Shown: positions 1 to 9,011, counted from the stretch's first letter. The stretch: DNA of 32,000 bases from Candidatus Iainarchaeum sp. (GCA_030688545.1 JAUYHT010000008.1:90001-122000); one strand, 5' to 3'. Translations and numbers: made by a program. Notes: generated by a model not told the origin, from the letters alone.

Positions 1-579
1 GTAGAGGTCGGCGAGGATGAAGAGCAATCCTACTCCCAGGAGGAGCATGCTGGTGAGCCTGTTCTGCGTGCCGATGCCGCGGAGTTTTATTTCATCCTGG
101 TCAACCTTGACCTGCTGCATATCCTTCCCCAATTCATTCACGCGCATGCGGATGCGCTCGGAGAGATCAGTGAATTTCTGGACCACATCCACTGTCTGAG
201 TTTCAAAGGTACGGCGCTGCTTGGAGACCTCATTCTCATAGGATTGGAGATCGGCTTTGATCTGCTCGAACATCTGGTGGCCCACGGCCTGCATGGAGGT
301 TTGGGTTTCCTTCTGAATGAATTGCTTGAGGGCCTCTTTCTCCTTTTCGACGTCCAGCTTGACGAGCTTGTTAATTTCGTTCTGGAGGAGAGCGAAGGTA
401 TCGGCCTGGGCGAGGAGGAGGAGACGCTGGGCCTTCTTGGGTTCGACCCCCAATTGGTTGAGGGTTTGGATGATGGCATCCTCGGATTCGCCCTCGCGCA
501 CCATGTTCTGGATAATTTCAATGATGCTGGGAGGCGTTCCGGGTTTGGGGGTGGTTTGAGTAGGAGGAATCGAGGGCAT
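1..579 (-). CDS. coiled-coil protein with C-terminal hydrophobic anchor (3' end runs off the window)
   Basis: This ORF is not in the track. Hand translation of the minus strand from the ATG at 579 stays open for 193 codons to position 1: MPSIPPTQTTPKPGTPPSIIEIIQNMVREGESEDAII...QKFTDLSERIRMRVNELGKDMQQVKVDQDEIKLRGIGTQNRLTSMLLLGVGLLFILADLY. The middle is charged and heptad-like, and the tail is hydrophobic. The listed 138..617(-) and 244..699(+) ORFs are other frames with low-complexity translations. Confidence 0.6.
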   Translation of the reverse strand, partial: MPSIPPTQTTPKPGTPPSIIEIIQNMVREGESEDAIIQTLNQLGVEPKKAQRLLLLAQADTFALLQNEINKLVKLDVEKEKEALKQFIQKETQTSMQAVGHQMFEQIKADLQSYENEVSKQRRTFETQTVDVVQKFTDLSERIRMRVNELGKDMQQVKVDQDEIKLRGIGTQNRLTSMLLLGVGLLFILADLY

Positions 580-585
580 GGAGGG

Positions 586-1302
586 TCACCCGGAGGGAGC
601 ATCGCCATTCGCACCATTCTCGACGAGGAAGATGTCGAGCACGTGGGCCTGCTCCACGATCACGAGGGTCTGATTCAAAACGCGTATATTAAGGGATAGG
701 TCTTTCGCCTCGGAGGAGGGGGTAAAGGGAAGAGTGACGGAGGCGCATGTCCCGGGCTGTATAGTCCAGGATTGGGGGGAGGGATTGGGAGCGATGGAGG
801 AATCACTGAGACGCAACTCCACGCGAAGAGGAATGGGAAAATTTTCCTGATTGCATGCCCGAACAACGGGTTCCACGGGAACATCCACGAAACCAAAATC
901 GGGATATGAAAACGTGAGGAGCACATTGGGGGGCACTTGATTGGCCCGGGCGGCGATCACGAGCTGTTGGGATAAATGATAGGGGGCGGAGGCCTCGAGG
1001 ACGATAAACCCCTGGTCGGCATACTCGGGGAGGAGCAGCACGGGGATTTGGTCTTCGGGTTGCAAGGAGGGAATATGGTGGAGGGGGATCTTCTCCCCCG
1101 CTTTCACGTATACGATTTGGATGTCTCGAATGAGGTGGACGGATTCATTGCGGATAGTTACAATGCCATCCTGGTTGGTGGGATCGGGATGCAAGGAGAG
1201 ACCGGTGTTGAAGGAGAAGAAATAGAGGAGGGCGAGGCCGAAGACGAGGTAGAGGACAATCATCACGCGCACGACGCGCTTGCGCCGGTCTTCGGGGAGC
1301 AT
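586..1302 (-). CDS. N-terminally membrane-anchored hypothetical protein
   Basis: This is ORF 586..1398(-). I prefer the internal ATG at 1302 (MLPEDRRKRVVRVMIVLYLVFGLALLYFF...), because it gives a basic stretch plus one TM helix and avoids overlapping the upstream GTPase gene, which ends at 1325. The stop lies 6 nt before the next minus-strand ATG (579), so the genes look operonic. Confidence 0.6.
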   Translation of the reverse strand: MLPEDRRKRVVRVMIVLYLVFGLALLYFFSFNTGLSLHPDPTNQDGIVTIRNESVHLIRDIQIVYVKAGEKIPLHHIPSLQPEDQIPVLLLPEYADQGFIVLEASAPYHLSQQLVIAARANQVPPNVLLTFSYPDFGFVDVPVEPVVRACNQENFPIPLRVELRLSDSSIAPNPSPQSWTIQPGTCASVTLPFTPSSEAKDLSLNIRVLNQTLVIVEQAHVLDIFLVENGANGDAPSG

Positions 1303-1324
1303 GCGAGAAAAAAGATTGGACGCT

Positions 1325-2098
1325 TTAATTGGCTTTCCCTGGAAAAATGGGTTTAGCGCCCTGCTGCCAATCCAGGAGGAGCTTGAGGGCCATGGCACGG
1401 GTATCAGGCAACCCCCCCTTCCGGAGACGATTGAGTTTTACCGCTAGATTTTCGAGGCACTCATATCCATCCGCCCCTTCGAGGTCTACACCGTATTGGC
1501 GTTGAATCCACGTGCCCCAATGGGGATGGGTAGGCAACCATTCGAGCAATTGCTCAGCGGCCGTCTGAGGATTTTTTACCTGGTTGGGGGATTTAGCATT
1601 CACTAATACGAGACGGAATTCATCGCGTTCAGCCAGGGGAATAACCCCAGGTGTGTCAAGGAGGTAAGTATCCTCTTTCAGCTTGATCATGCTCCGCCCT
1701 CGCGTGAAACCGGCTTGTTTGGAGGTGGGGGCGGCATGGCGGCCGGCGAGAGCATTGATGACGCAGGACTTCCCGGCATTGGGATAGCCGACAACCGCTA
1801 TTTTGCCCCCATGAGGGAGGAGGGAGAATAGGAGGGTGCGGAGGAGACGGATGTTTTTTTTGGGAGTGCAGGAGATAGAGACAATTTTCAGGTCGTCCGA
1901 AAAGGTGCGGGTGACGCGGGGAATATCCTTGGGAAGCAGATCCATCTTGTTGAGGATGAGCACCACTATTTTTCCGCGACGCACCAGCTCCTTCTCGAGC
2001 GGGCGGTTCTGCATGATGTCGGCGAAACGGGCGTCGACTACTTCCAGGACGACATCGGCCTCTTTGATGGCCGCGAAAGCGTGCTTGGCGAGACCCAT
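1325..2098 (-). CDS. circularly permuted GTPase (YlqF/RbgA/YawG-type ribosome-biogenesis GTPase family)
   Basis: G4 (LNKMD) precedes G1 (GYPNAGKS) and G3 (DTPG) in the 257-aa translation. This permuted motif order is the hallmark of the family. Confidence 0.8.
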   Translation of the reverse strand: MGLAKHAFAAIKEADVVLEVVDARFADIMQNRPLEKELVRRGKIVVLILNKMDLLPKDIPRVTRTFSDDLKIVSISCTPKKNIRLLRTLLFSLLPHGGKIAVVGYPNAGKSCVINALAGRHAAPTSKQAGFTRGRSMIKLKEDTYLLDTPGVIPLAERDEFRLVLVNAKSPNQVKNPQTAAEQLLEWLPTHPHWGTWIQRQYGVDLEGADGYECLENLAVKLNRLRKGGLPDTRAMALKLLLDWQQGAKPIFPGKAN

Positions 2099-2110
2099 TA
2101 GGAAAAAAGG

Positions 2111-2464
2111 TTAAAGCAGCTTTAAATGACCCGTGTATTTGTCCACATCCGACTCCCGGGCGGGACCAATGCCAATACAGGTTTTAGTGCCAGGAGTTAC
2201 TTGCGTGTGACCCGCGTCGGCGATAAGGGCGGAAGGGAAATGGTTCTTCACCTGCTCAAACAAATGAAGCAGCTCTTCCTCGGAAGACACTTTAACCACG
2301 ATCTTCTGCGCCCCCTCATCCAACCATTCCTGCCAAGCCGAACCATACTTCCTTTCCTGGGACTTGAGAAAGGCCTGGAGGGACGCATGCGCGCACTGGG
2401 CGGCGAGCTTGCCCTTGCCCAATTTTAAGTCGGAACGAATGACGAGGACTTGAGTGTAAGCCAT
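2111..2464 (-). CDS. pth2: peptidyl-tRNA hydrolase, archaeal/eukaryotic type (Pth2)
   Basis: The 117-aa product contains VIRSDLKLGKGKLAAQCAHASL...IADAGHTQVTPGTKTCIGIGP. Length and motifs are typical of Pth2. Confidence 0.9.
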   Translation of the reverse strand: MAYTQVLVIRSDLKLGKGKLAAQCAHASLQAFLKSQERKYGSAWQEWLDEGAQKIVVKVSSEEELLHLFEQVKNHFPSALIADAGHTQVTPGTKTCIGIGPARESDVDKYTGHLKLL

Positions 2465-2507
2465 GATATGAGGAAGAAACTATGATTGGGTAAATAAACG
2501 AGGGGGG

Positions 2508-3497
2508 TTACTTTAGGCGGAGTTGAAGATAGTATTGGAATTTTTGGATTATTCTTTTCAATTCTTTGGACATGTTTCCTTTCGACATGCCTAATTCTCT
2601 CGCCAAATCTTTCGCTAACTCCCCATGACCAAAAAGTCGGATCAACAATATGCGTTCCTCCGGAGGTAATCGACTCAGGGCATATCGAATAGGTTCCGCC
2701 CACTCCATGCGATTGCTTTGAACTACCGCGGATGGGTCCTCAATGAATTGGCGGATGAGTTGTGAGCGTTCACTCCGCCTTTCGACGGGAACATCCATTG
2801 ATACTACCTTCTTTTTGCGTCGAAGTGTCCCTTGTTGCTCATTTAGAAATTTCCAGCTTTCAAATTTGGCAACCTTTTTCAGGTAGGGATCCAACTCCCC
2901 TTTCTCTGGGTCGTAGAGGAACAAGGCTTCGCACAATTCCATTAAAATGGATTGATAAACTTCCTCACGATGGGGTAAGCGCCACAATTCACGCATGATC
3001 AATTCTTTTTTGGACTCCACTATTTTTATCGCTTCTTCCATGGTCGCGACATTCTTTTTTTCACGGAAAGCCAAAGCGGGATTTTGAAGGATTCCCTCCC
3101 GCTCGAGTGTATTGAGGATGCTCCTGGCTAAATTGGAAGGAAGAGTGGTACGGAGTTCTTCCGCAAATGCCTGGTAAGCGTCTCGGTATTTTTTTCGGTT
3201 TTGAACATCCAATTTGGGGGCATGTTTAAGGAAAATTTTATGGCCCGTTTCGAGCAAAGCCATTCGGTGGCTGACCTCTTTCTTATATTCTCTTAGGAAT
3301 TCAGGGATCTGTTCCTTGGGAAGAGTGGCCATGATTCCCCTTACCTGCGTGTCGTGGAGCTTTTTGACCAAAGGCGGCCGTTTTCTCTCCTCGCCTCTGC
3401 TCCAATGGGGTATTCTTACTCCTGCCGTCGACTCGAAACGCAACCGTGCCAAATTCTGAGCGGCCCTTTTAGCATTAGGAGTGCGCGAGGGAGGCAT
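2508..3497 (-). CDS. sigma-70-like protein (region 2-like + region 4 HTH) with long N-terminal extension
   Basis: The C-terminus, ALSRLPPEERILLIRLFGHGELAKDLARELGMSKGNMSKELKRIIQKFQ, follows the sigma-70 region 4 / LuxR-type HTH pattern. Upstream, EEVYQSILMELCEALFLYDPEKGELDPYLKKVAKFESWKFL resembles ECF sigma region 2. A TATA-like box lies 22-29 nt upstream of the ATG. Confidence 0.5.
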   Translation of the reverse strand: MPPSRTPNAKRAAQNLARLRFESTAGVRIPHWSRGEERKRPPLVKKLHDTQVRGIMATLPKEQIPEFLREYKKEVSHRMALLETGHKIFLKHAPKLDVQNRKKYRDAYQAFAEELRTTLPSNLARSILNTLEREGILQNPALAFREKKNVATMEEAIKIVESKKELIMRELWRLPHREEVYQSILMELCEALFLYDPEKGELDPYLKKVAKFESWKFLNEQQGTLRRKKKVVSMDVPVERRSERSQLIRQFIEDPSAVVQSNRMEWAEPIRYALSRLPPEERILLIRLFGHGELAKDLARELGMSKGNMSKELKRIIQKFQYYLQLRLK

Positions 3498-3518
3498 TAT
3501 GGTAGAACGAATTATCTC

Positions 3519-3526
3519 TATAAAAA
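3519..3526 (-). promoter_or_regulatory. TATA-like box (TTTTTATA on minus strand) for the 2508..3497 gene
   Basis: The plus-strand sequence tataaaaa at 3519-3526 lies 22-29 nt upstream of the minus-strand ATG at 3497. This is the archaeal leaderless geometry. Confidence 0.45.
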
Positions 3527-3610
3527 TGACATACCCCCGGCCTTGACCGTTTAGGATTAAGCTGTTTTGATGAAACTTTTTACTAAAAAATTTCGTATGA
3601 GGGAAAGGAG

Positions 3611-4123
3611 CTAGCGGGGGCGGTAGATTTCGGTGTCATTGGTGACGGTGGTGGAATACTTGGATTGGGCGATCTCCTCGCGGGCCTGCTGGCGGAGAAC
3701 TTCAAACGAGGGTCGGGGTTCTTCTTCCGCGGGAGGGGAAGCAGGGGTTTCGGGGTTTCCATCTGACGAAGGGGAAGTGGGTTGGGGCGTTTTGATGGTT
3801 TCTCCGGAACGGACTTCACGGAGGGTCACCGTTTTGGTGATGCCATTATCCTCCCATAAGGAAGCGAATGGAGTGGGGGAATGGATGTCGAGCCACACCT
3901 TGCGCTCGGAAGGATGCGCATACCCCTTTAATGTATACAACCGGTTGTAGGCGATCTGGACCTTGCTCTCTTGGATGGCATCCACGGTGAACAAGTAGGA
4001 CCCATTTTTCAACACCTCGAACTGGTCCCCTTCCTTCACGGAATGGGAACGAAGTTCTCGCTTCTTGGCGAATGGCGGCTTCCAATCCTGGCGCAACTCT
4101 TCCACTTCGATGACCGCTTGCAT
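3611..4123 (-). CDS. hypothetical protein with P/T/S/E-rich linker
   Basis: 170-aa ORF with a compact N-terminal domain (MQAVIEVEELRQDWKPPFAKK...GITKTVTLREV) followed by TPQPTSPSSDGNPETPASPPAEEEP. I recognise no family motif. Confidence 0.55.
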   Translation of the reverse strand: MQAVIEVEELRQDWKPPFAKKRELRSHSVKEGDQFEVLKNGSYLFTVDAIQESKVQIAYNRLYTLKGYAHPSERKVWLDIHSPTPFASLWEDNGITKTVTLREVRSGETIKTPQPTSPSSDGNPETPASPPAEEEPRPSFEVLRQQAREEIAQSKYSTTVTNDTEIYRPR

Positions 4124-4212
4124 ACAACTATCACTCCTAAATTGACGGATGACACGAGAACGGCCTCCATGTTTTTAATGGGAATAGATGACGGGAGTCA
4201 GGTTTCCATGGA

Positions 4213-4220
4213 CTTAAAAG
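4213..4220 (+). promoter_or_regulatory. TATA-like box (CTTAAAAG) for nurA
   Basis: It lies 23-30 nt upstream of the ATG at 4243, and I see no SD-like sequence between them. Confidence 0.4.
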
Positions 4221-4242
4221 CCTGGCACGCCCTAAAGGGAAT

Positions 4243-5319
4243 ATGGGTTTCCTGCAATGGCTGGATGAGGTTATTTCCCATATCCGACGGAAGCAAGCGG
4301 ACCACGAGACCATAGGGAAAACCATTCGGGAACTCCCTCAAACGGTGGACCTGTCAGGGGAGGGGGCCCTCCGGAGACCCATGACCAAAGCGGGGGTGCA
4401 GGGGAAAGTAGGGGGAGTGGATTCAGGGTTTGTGTCCCAGTCATTCTATGCCATGGACCTGATGCTCGTGCGGGCAATGGGGGTGTGCTTCACCTATGAA
4501 CAAGGGAAGATGGTGCGCGCGGAATATTGGCCGGAACACCCGGGGATGCCCCAGCCCATTGTGGATACGAAAGGATTGGAGCCGGATGAATTCAGGCGGT
4601 TTGTTTCACTGACGCGAGTAAGGGCCGAAATGGACCAGGCGAGGGAACTCATCGCGAGGTGCCGACCAGATGTCATGTTTCTGGATGGGAGTTTGATCCT
4701 GCACCCCGCAGATAAGCCTGGGAATGAGAGCAAGCTGAAGGAGGAATATGAGATAGCCATCCGGAGTGGGGTGGCCTTGTATTCGGCGGCGGAGAAAGCC
4801 AATTGTTTGTTGATTGGGGCAGTGGAAGACTCGCGATCGACGAGGTTGAGTGAGATGCTGCGGAAGCAGTACCCTCACCACCCAATATTGGGAAAACAAT
4901 TGGGAAAAGAACTCCAGGACGCGCCCCTCATGGATAAGGTGTTGCACGCCGGAGAAAGAAGCATCGCTTTCCGTGTGGCAGAGGATATCATGAAACACCC
5001 CATCCTGATGGACTATCCATCCGAATGGGGGGCGCGGATGCACGCGAGCTACATCAAACCGTCCCCATGGGATTATCCCCTGCGGATTGAGTTCTTCAGC
5101 GGGAAAGAGGGGTTGACCGCGGCCGCGGACGCGGCAGCATCCCAGGCGTTTGCGCAAAGCAGCCTGCACAAGGAATACGCGTATCCCTCGGTGCTCATCG
5201 AAGCGGACATGCGGGCGGGACTCAAGCCGGAGGAAGTGGATTTGGTGAGCGACAAAATCTTTTCTAAGATTGGACGGCACACCATTCACTTGAGGCGAAG
5301 GGACCGGCGGCCGTTCTGA
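4243..5319 (+). CDS. nurA: NurA 5'-3' nuclease
   Basis: The 358-aa product has VMFLDGSLILHP, GAVEDSRSTR and YAYPSVLIEADMRAGL, which resemble the conserved acidic and C-terminal motifs of the NurA domain. It sits immediately upstream of herA, the canonical archaeal pairing. Confidence 0.75.
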   Translation: MGFLQWLDEVISHIRRKQADHETIGKTIRELPQTVDLSGEGALRRPMTKAGVQGKVGGVDSGFVSQSFYAMDLMLVRAMGVCFTYEQGKMVRAEYWPEHPGMPQPIVDTKGLEPDEFRRFVSLTRVRAEMDQARELIARCRPDVMFLDGSLILHPADKPGNESKLKEEYEIAIRSGVALYSAAEKANCLLIGAVEDSRSTRLSEMLRKQYPHHPILGKQLGKELQDAPLMDKVLHAGERSIAFRVAEDIMKHPILMDYPSEWGARMHASYIKPSPWDYPLRIEFFSGKEGLTAAADAAASQAFAQSSLHKEYAYPSVLIEADMRAGLKPEEVDLVSDKIFSKIGRHTIHLRRRDRRPF

Positions 5320-5360
5320 CAAAACAAACAGGATGGTTATAACGGAAGTCCGGCATCCAA

Positions 5361-6950
5361 ATGGTTAAAACAAGGAAGCGGGGTTTCTCTAGCATGGTTG
5401 ACGAGACAATTGAAGTGGGGACGGTAGTGTCCACGCCCGAAAGCCCTTCCCCCACGCGGGTGGATTTTGTGGTGACCAAGGGGAAGGTGCATCGGGGGCA
5501 ATATGTGGAAATCCCATATGGAGAGGGCACCATCATCGGGTTGGTGGAAAATGTGCTGAAGACCAATAAGTATTTCGAGCGGGCCGATGCAGTGAAGGAA
5601 TTCGAGGCCCAGGGAGCCAAGCTTTTTGAACAATTTCCGGTGCATGATTGGGAATATACTCTGGCGCAGACCAACCCATTAGGATTGTTCACGGCTGAAA
5701 ATAGGATCAAGCGCATGACCTATCCCCCTTCCCCGGGAAGCAAGGTGTTCATCGCCCACCCCACTAGTATCACGCGGTTCTTGGCCCTGGATATGGAGGC
5801 CGGGTTGGAATTGGGGGAAATGGAATTCCATCCGGTGAAAGTGAGGCTGAACCTATCCAAAATGTTCCAGAAACACGTAGCCATTTTGGCAGTTTCCGGC
5901 GCAGGAAAATCGTGGTCGGTGGCTTGCCTGCTTGAGGAATTGCTTAAACGGAAGAAAGAGCATGGGCGGATGGCCACGGTGGTGTTCGATGTGCACGGGG
6001 AATACACTAATTTTGCCCAGCCGGTAACGGAAAAAAAATATACTGATTTCTCGGGGAAGACCAAAATTATCCGGGCACGGGACCTGCGGATTGGAGTGCC
6101 AAAGATTAGCGCGGGGATGTTCTTCGCGCTGCTGCCCCATGCTTCCCCCGCGCAGAAGCGGGAGTTGATGAAAATCCTTGGGCACTTGCGTCAAAAAATG
6201 GTAGAGGGGCATGGGCCCTATGATTTGCAATCTATCAAGGAGGAGCTGTTAGGGGAACTGCAAGAGAAAGAGGGAAAGGAAAGCACGATTCAAGCATTAA
6301 TCGGGTGGATGCATGAGTTGGAGAGCCTGGACCTATTCGGGAAAGCGGATAACCCATCTTTGCTTGATTTGGTGCAGCCGGGGATATTGACTATTGTAGA
6401 TTTGAGTGATGTCATCCACCAGAGGAAGAAGCAGGTGATTGTGCATTATCTGGCGTCCCGGCTGTTTAATGAGAGGAGAAACAAAAATATCCCCCCCACC
6501 CTTATTGTATTGGAGGAAGCGCATAATTTCATCCCCAACCAAGTCAAGCGGGAGGAGAGTATTACTAAGAGTATTATGCGCACGATCGCCCGGGAGGGAA
6601 GGAAGTTTGGGGTGAGTTTGTGCCTTATATCCCAACGACCCATTCAATTGGATACGACGACGCTATCGCAATGCAATACGCAATTACTCCTGCGCATCAC
6701 TAATCCTTACGACTTGAAACATATTGGGGAGAGTGCGGAGGGGTTGACCTCGCAGAGCATGGGAATGCTATCATCTTTACGCGTGGGGGAAGCCCTTTTG
6801 ATTGGGGAAGCGGTGAACGCCCCCACTTTCTTCAAAGTAAGGAATAGGGAATCCCAGCCCTCGCGGCATGAAGGGACGCTGGAGCAAGCGGGGATTGCTT
6901 TTGAAAAAGGGTTAGAAAAAAATAGGAAAGAGACGGAAGATTTATTGTGA
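5361..6950 (+). CDS. herA: HerA hexameric DNA helicase/translocase (FtsK-HerA superfamily)
   Basis: The N-terminal region is HAS-barrel-like (IEVGTVVSTPESPSPTRVDFVV...GQYVEI). Walker A is AVSGAGKS, Walker B is TLIVLEEAHNFIP, and an ISQRP motif is present. The alternative start MVDETIEV at 5394 is possible. Confidence 0.9.
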   Translation: MVKTRKRGFSSMVDETIEVGTVVSTPESPSPTRVDFVVTKGKVHRGQYVEIPYGEGTIIGLVENVLKTNKYFERADAVKEFEAQGAKLFEQFPVHDWEYTLAQTNPLGLFTAENRIKRMTYPPSPGSKVFIAHPTSITRFLALDMEAGLELGEMEFHPVKVRLNLSKMFQKHVAILAVSGAGKSWSVACLLEELLKRKKEHGRMATVVFDVHGEYTNFAQPVTEKKYTDFSGKTKIIRARDLRIGVPKISAGMFFALLPHASPAQKRELMKILGHLRQKMVEGHGPYDLQSIKEELLGELQEKEGKESTIQALIGWMHELESLDLFGKADNPSLLDLVQPGILTIVDLSDVIHQRKKQVIVHYLASRLFNERRNKNIPPTLIVLEEAHNFIPNQVKREESITKSIMRTIAREGRKFGVSLCLISQRPIQLDTTTLSQCNTQLLLRITNPYDLKHIGESAEGLTSQSMGMLSSLRVGEALLIGEAVNAPTFFKVRNRESQPSRHEGTLEQAGIAFEKGLEKNRKETEDLL

Positions 6951-7144
6951 AGGAGAGGGGGAATTCCCAAACGAAATTTCTTATTATGTAGCATCAATAT
7001 ACATAACATAATTTCTTTTTTGTCCAAAATAGTATTTTTCTTTTATGTCGCAACAGAGGAGGAATTGAAGTAGATACTCCTGAATTCACAAAAACCTGTA
7101 ACTCGCTCCACGGAACCAATGGCGGTTCACCCTTCCGTAGCGAC

Positions 7145-7152
7145 TATATAAG
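7145..7152 (+). promoter_or_regulatory. TATA box (TATATAAG) for the 7174..8463 ORF
   Basis: It lies 22-29 nt upstream of the ATG at 7174. A 6-bp inverted repeat, acggaa-N17-ttccgt (about 7109..7137), precedes it. Confidence 0.45.
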
Positions 7153-7173
7153 CCGCCACCCAGGACCTTGAGA

Positions 7174-8463
7174 ATGACTCCCCCTACGTATAGTCTGGTA
7201 TCAGTGTCCACCCGCTCCGAGAAAAAAGGAGTGGAGGTCATCTTCGCTTCCCCCCAGAAGCGCCTATCCAAATTCTATCCTTTCTTCCCCAGCCTCTTCC
7301 TCCCGCACCACCTTCAAAATACATTCGATGAGCTCCTTCCCCAGCTCGACCTTCCCAAATATCAAACCATTACTCACCCTCATTCCCTCCAGGTGACGGC
7401 CACTCATTTTGAGGACCTCAAGCGCATCGCGCACGCGGTGTTCCAGCACACCGCCTATTATCCCTCCCTCCTCGAACCCGAGCGCCAATTCCTACTGCTT
7501 CAGGGATGGCGTTATTTCCAAGGATTCGATGACCACGGCAACCCCCTTCCTCACCTATTTGGGGACACCCGCCTGGACGAGATGACGGACAGCCTGCACC
7601 CCACCCTGAATGCGCTTCGCACGCACAACCCGCATGTGTGGAAAGACATTATGGAACGCCTCGCCCTCTCGCATGAATTGTTCATCCCCTATACGGCCGT
7701 GCCCCCCTCTCCCGAAGAGCGGTTGAACACTCTCCTCGAAAATCATTTCTTCACCCACACGCATGCCCAACCTATCACTCCCGGACAACGACTCACCACT
7801 TCCACTTGGAGCATGGGCGAAAGGGAATTGGCCAAGAGACGCGTATTTCAAACGCCCCTCGAAGGGGAAGGACAATGCGCCTGCTGCCGCCCCCAAATGG
7901 CCATCGAATCGCACGTGCATCCCGGGACGCTCGTGGAGGCTATCGCCACCCAGGATGGGGTGTACATCCACACCCACCAGGAAGCAATGAGCACTGCCTA
8001 TGATACTACTCATGATCATTCCACTCGACGCATTTCTCATGCCCGGGAATGGGGATTACGCATCCTCCCCATTGGTCCCTTGCACCGGGAGGAAAAAATC
8101 CTTATTCCCCTCACCGATGCTCTCGCGGCCCACCACCAAGGATTAATCACCATTCATTTGCCCGAGAATGCCGCGTGGCATTGCCACCGCACTCCTTTTC
8201 TTCTCGCCCGGTTGAAGAACGCATTGGATGAGCGCCTCAGTTCCCACCAGACGCAGGAAACCATGCTCCTCCAGCCCTACCTCCAACAATACCAATTGGC
8301 CTTCACCCAGTATTCCCAAACCAACCCCACTGTCCAATTCCACCATGCCGCTTCCACTATCATCCAAAATCTTTATGGGGGCCTCGCCTGGCACCTGGTA
8401 CAAGGACCCACCCCCTGGAGGGATGCCACCATGGCTCGCCTCCTCTCCCAATCCCTTCCCTGA
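7174..8463 (+). CDS. hypothetical His/Pro/Leu-rich protein
   Basis: The track ORF 7168..8463 begins at a TTG; the ATG at 7174 is better placed relative to the TATA box. It is a long open frame in GC-rich DNA with no catalytic motifs I recognise, specifically none of the Mre11 phosphoesterase motifs (no GNHD/GDxxH). Confidence 0.5.
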   Translation: MTPPTYSLVSVSTRSEKKGVEVIFASPQKRLSKFYPFFPSLFLPHHLQNTFDELLPQLDLPKYQTITHPHSLQVTATHFEDLKRIAHAVFQHTAYYPSLLEPERQFLLLQGWRYFQGFDDHGNPLPHLFGDTRLDEMTDSLHPTLNALRTHNPHVWKDIMERLALSHELFIPYTAVPPSPEERLNTLLENHFFTHTHAQPITPGQRLTTSTWSMGERELAKRRVFQTPLEGEGQCACCRPQMAIESHVHPGTLVEAIATQDGVYIHTHQEAMSTAYDTTHDHSTRRISHAREWGLRILPIGPLHREEKILIPLTDALAAHHQGLITIHLPENAAWHCHRTPFLLARLKNALDERLSSHQTQETMLLQPYLQQYQLAFTQYSQTNPTVQFHHAASTIIQNLYGGLAWHLVQGPTPWRDATMARLLSQSLP

Positions 8464-8480
8464 TCGCACGAAAGGGGTTA

Positions 8481-8488
8481 TTTAAATA
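8481..8488 (+). promoter_or_regulatory. TATA box (TTTAAATA) for rpoK-rps17e
   Basis: Its end is 25 nt upstream of the ATG at 8513, which is the leaderless geometry. Confidence 0.5.
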
Positions 8489-8512
8489 CGTTTCTCCGGG
8501 GTCTTCTCGTAT

Positions 8513-8734
8513 ATGGAAGGCAAAACCATCCCCACACTCACCCGGTTTGAAAAAACGCGCCTCATCGGGGCGCGCGCCCTCCAACTCGCTTTCGGTGCCC
8601 CCACCCTGCTCGACACCAAAAAGATCACCTCCCCCTATGACCTGGCCAAAATGGAGTTTGACGAGAAAACCATTCCCCTATCCGTGGTACGTATGCTCCC
8701 CAATGGCCAGCAGATTAGGATTGAGGTGATCTGA
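8513..8734 (+). CDS. rpoK: DNA-directed RNA polymerase subunit K (Rpo6/Rpb6 homologue)
   Basis: The 73-aa product contains LTRFEKTRLIGARALQLAFGAP, the conserved Rpb6/RpoK core. Confidence 0.9.
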   Translation: MEGKTIPTLTRFEKTRLIGARALQLAFGAPTLLDTKKITSPYDLAKMEFDEKTIPLSVVRMLPNGQQIRIEVI

Positions 8735-8735
8735 T

Positions 8736-9011
8736 ATGGGAAAAGCCGTTCCAAAAGGGATCAAGAGCCGCGCCCATTTAGTCATGAAAGAATTTCCAGA
8801 GAACGTAGGGGTTGTATTCGAACACAACAAGACATTCCTCAATGAACTGAAACTCCCCATCTCCAAATGGACGCGCAATGTGATGACAGGTTTCGTCACC
8901 CGCACCAAGAAAAAAGAGGCCAAGGCCGCCCAACAAAAAGAAGATGCCCGCATCAAACGCGAAGCCAAAGCCCAACCCAAGACCGAAGAGCCAACACCCC
9001 CCGCTCAGTGA
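8736..9011 (+). CDS. rps17e: 30S ribosomal protein S17e
   Basis: MGKAVPKGIKSRAHLVMKEFPENVGVVFEHNKTFLNELKLPISKWTRNVMTGFVTR matches the eS17 N-terminal pattern (MG..R.k.iKr.a....e.y......F..NK). The C-terminal tail is basic. The gene starts 1 nt after the rpoK stop. Confidence 0.8.
   Translation: MGKAVPKGIKSRAHLVMKEFPENVGVVFEHNKTFLNELKLPISKWTRNVMTGFVTRTKKKEAKAAQQKEDARIKREAKAQPKTEEPTPPAQ

Noticed and set aside
138-699. Track ORFs 138..617(-), 244..699(+) and 317..559(+)
   Set aside because: Their translations are low-complexity (P/S/R-rich or G/L/E-rich), as expected of off-frame or antisense reading of GC-rich coding DNA. A third minus-strand frame (1..579) gives a sensible coiled-coil/TM protein.
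1303-1398. N-terminal 32-codon extension of ORF 586..1398(-)
   Set aside because: It overlaps the 3' end of the GTPase gene. The translated extension (MPWPSSSSWIGSRALNPFFQGK...) looks like read-through of the other frame. The ATG at 1302 gives a typical basic-then-TM N-terminus.
4606-5322. 238-aa ORF antisense to nurA, plus similar long antisense ORFs at 7555..8040(-), 10724..11212(+), 15419..15901(-), 15981..16397(+) and 17637..18014(+)
   Set aside because: Each lies fully inside a gene with clear family motifs on the other strand. Their translations are R/P/G/H-rich or otherwise non-protein-like. They are shadow ORFs.
6965-7140. AT-rich tract in the GC-rich host segment followed by CTCCACGGAACC, reminiscent of an archaeal ORB/mini-ORB dyad (possible replication origin)
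   Set aside because: There is only one imperfect copy (TCCA-C-GGAA instead of TCCA-NN-GGAA), no repeated ORB elements and no orc1/cdc6 gene nearby. It is more simply the herA terminator region plus the promoter of the next gene.
7168-8463. Possible degenerate family-B DNA polymerase N-terminal domain (FYPFFPSLFLP ... SLLEPERQFLLLQGW vaguely like F.PYFY ... DIpf..RYLID.gl)
   Set aside because: The resemblance covers only two short segments. There are no Exo I-III or polymerase motifs and the protein is only ~430 aa. This is too weak to call without a profile search.
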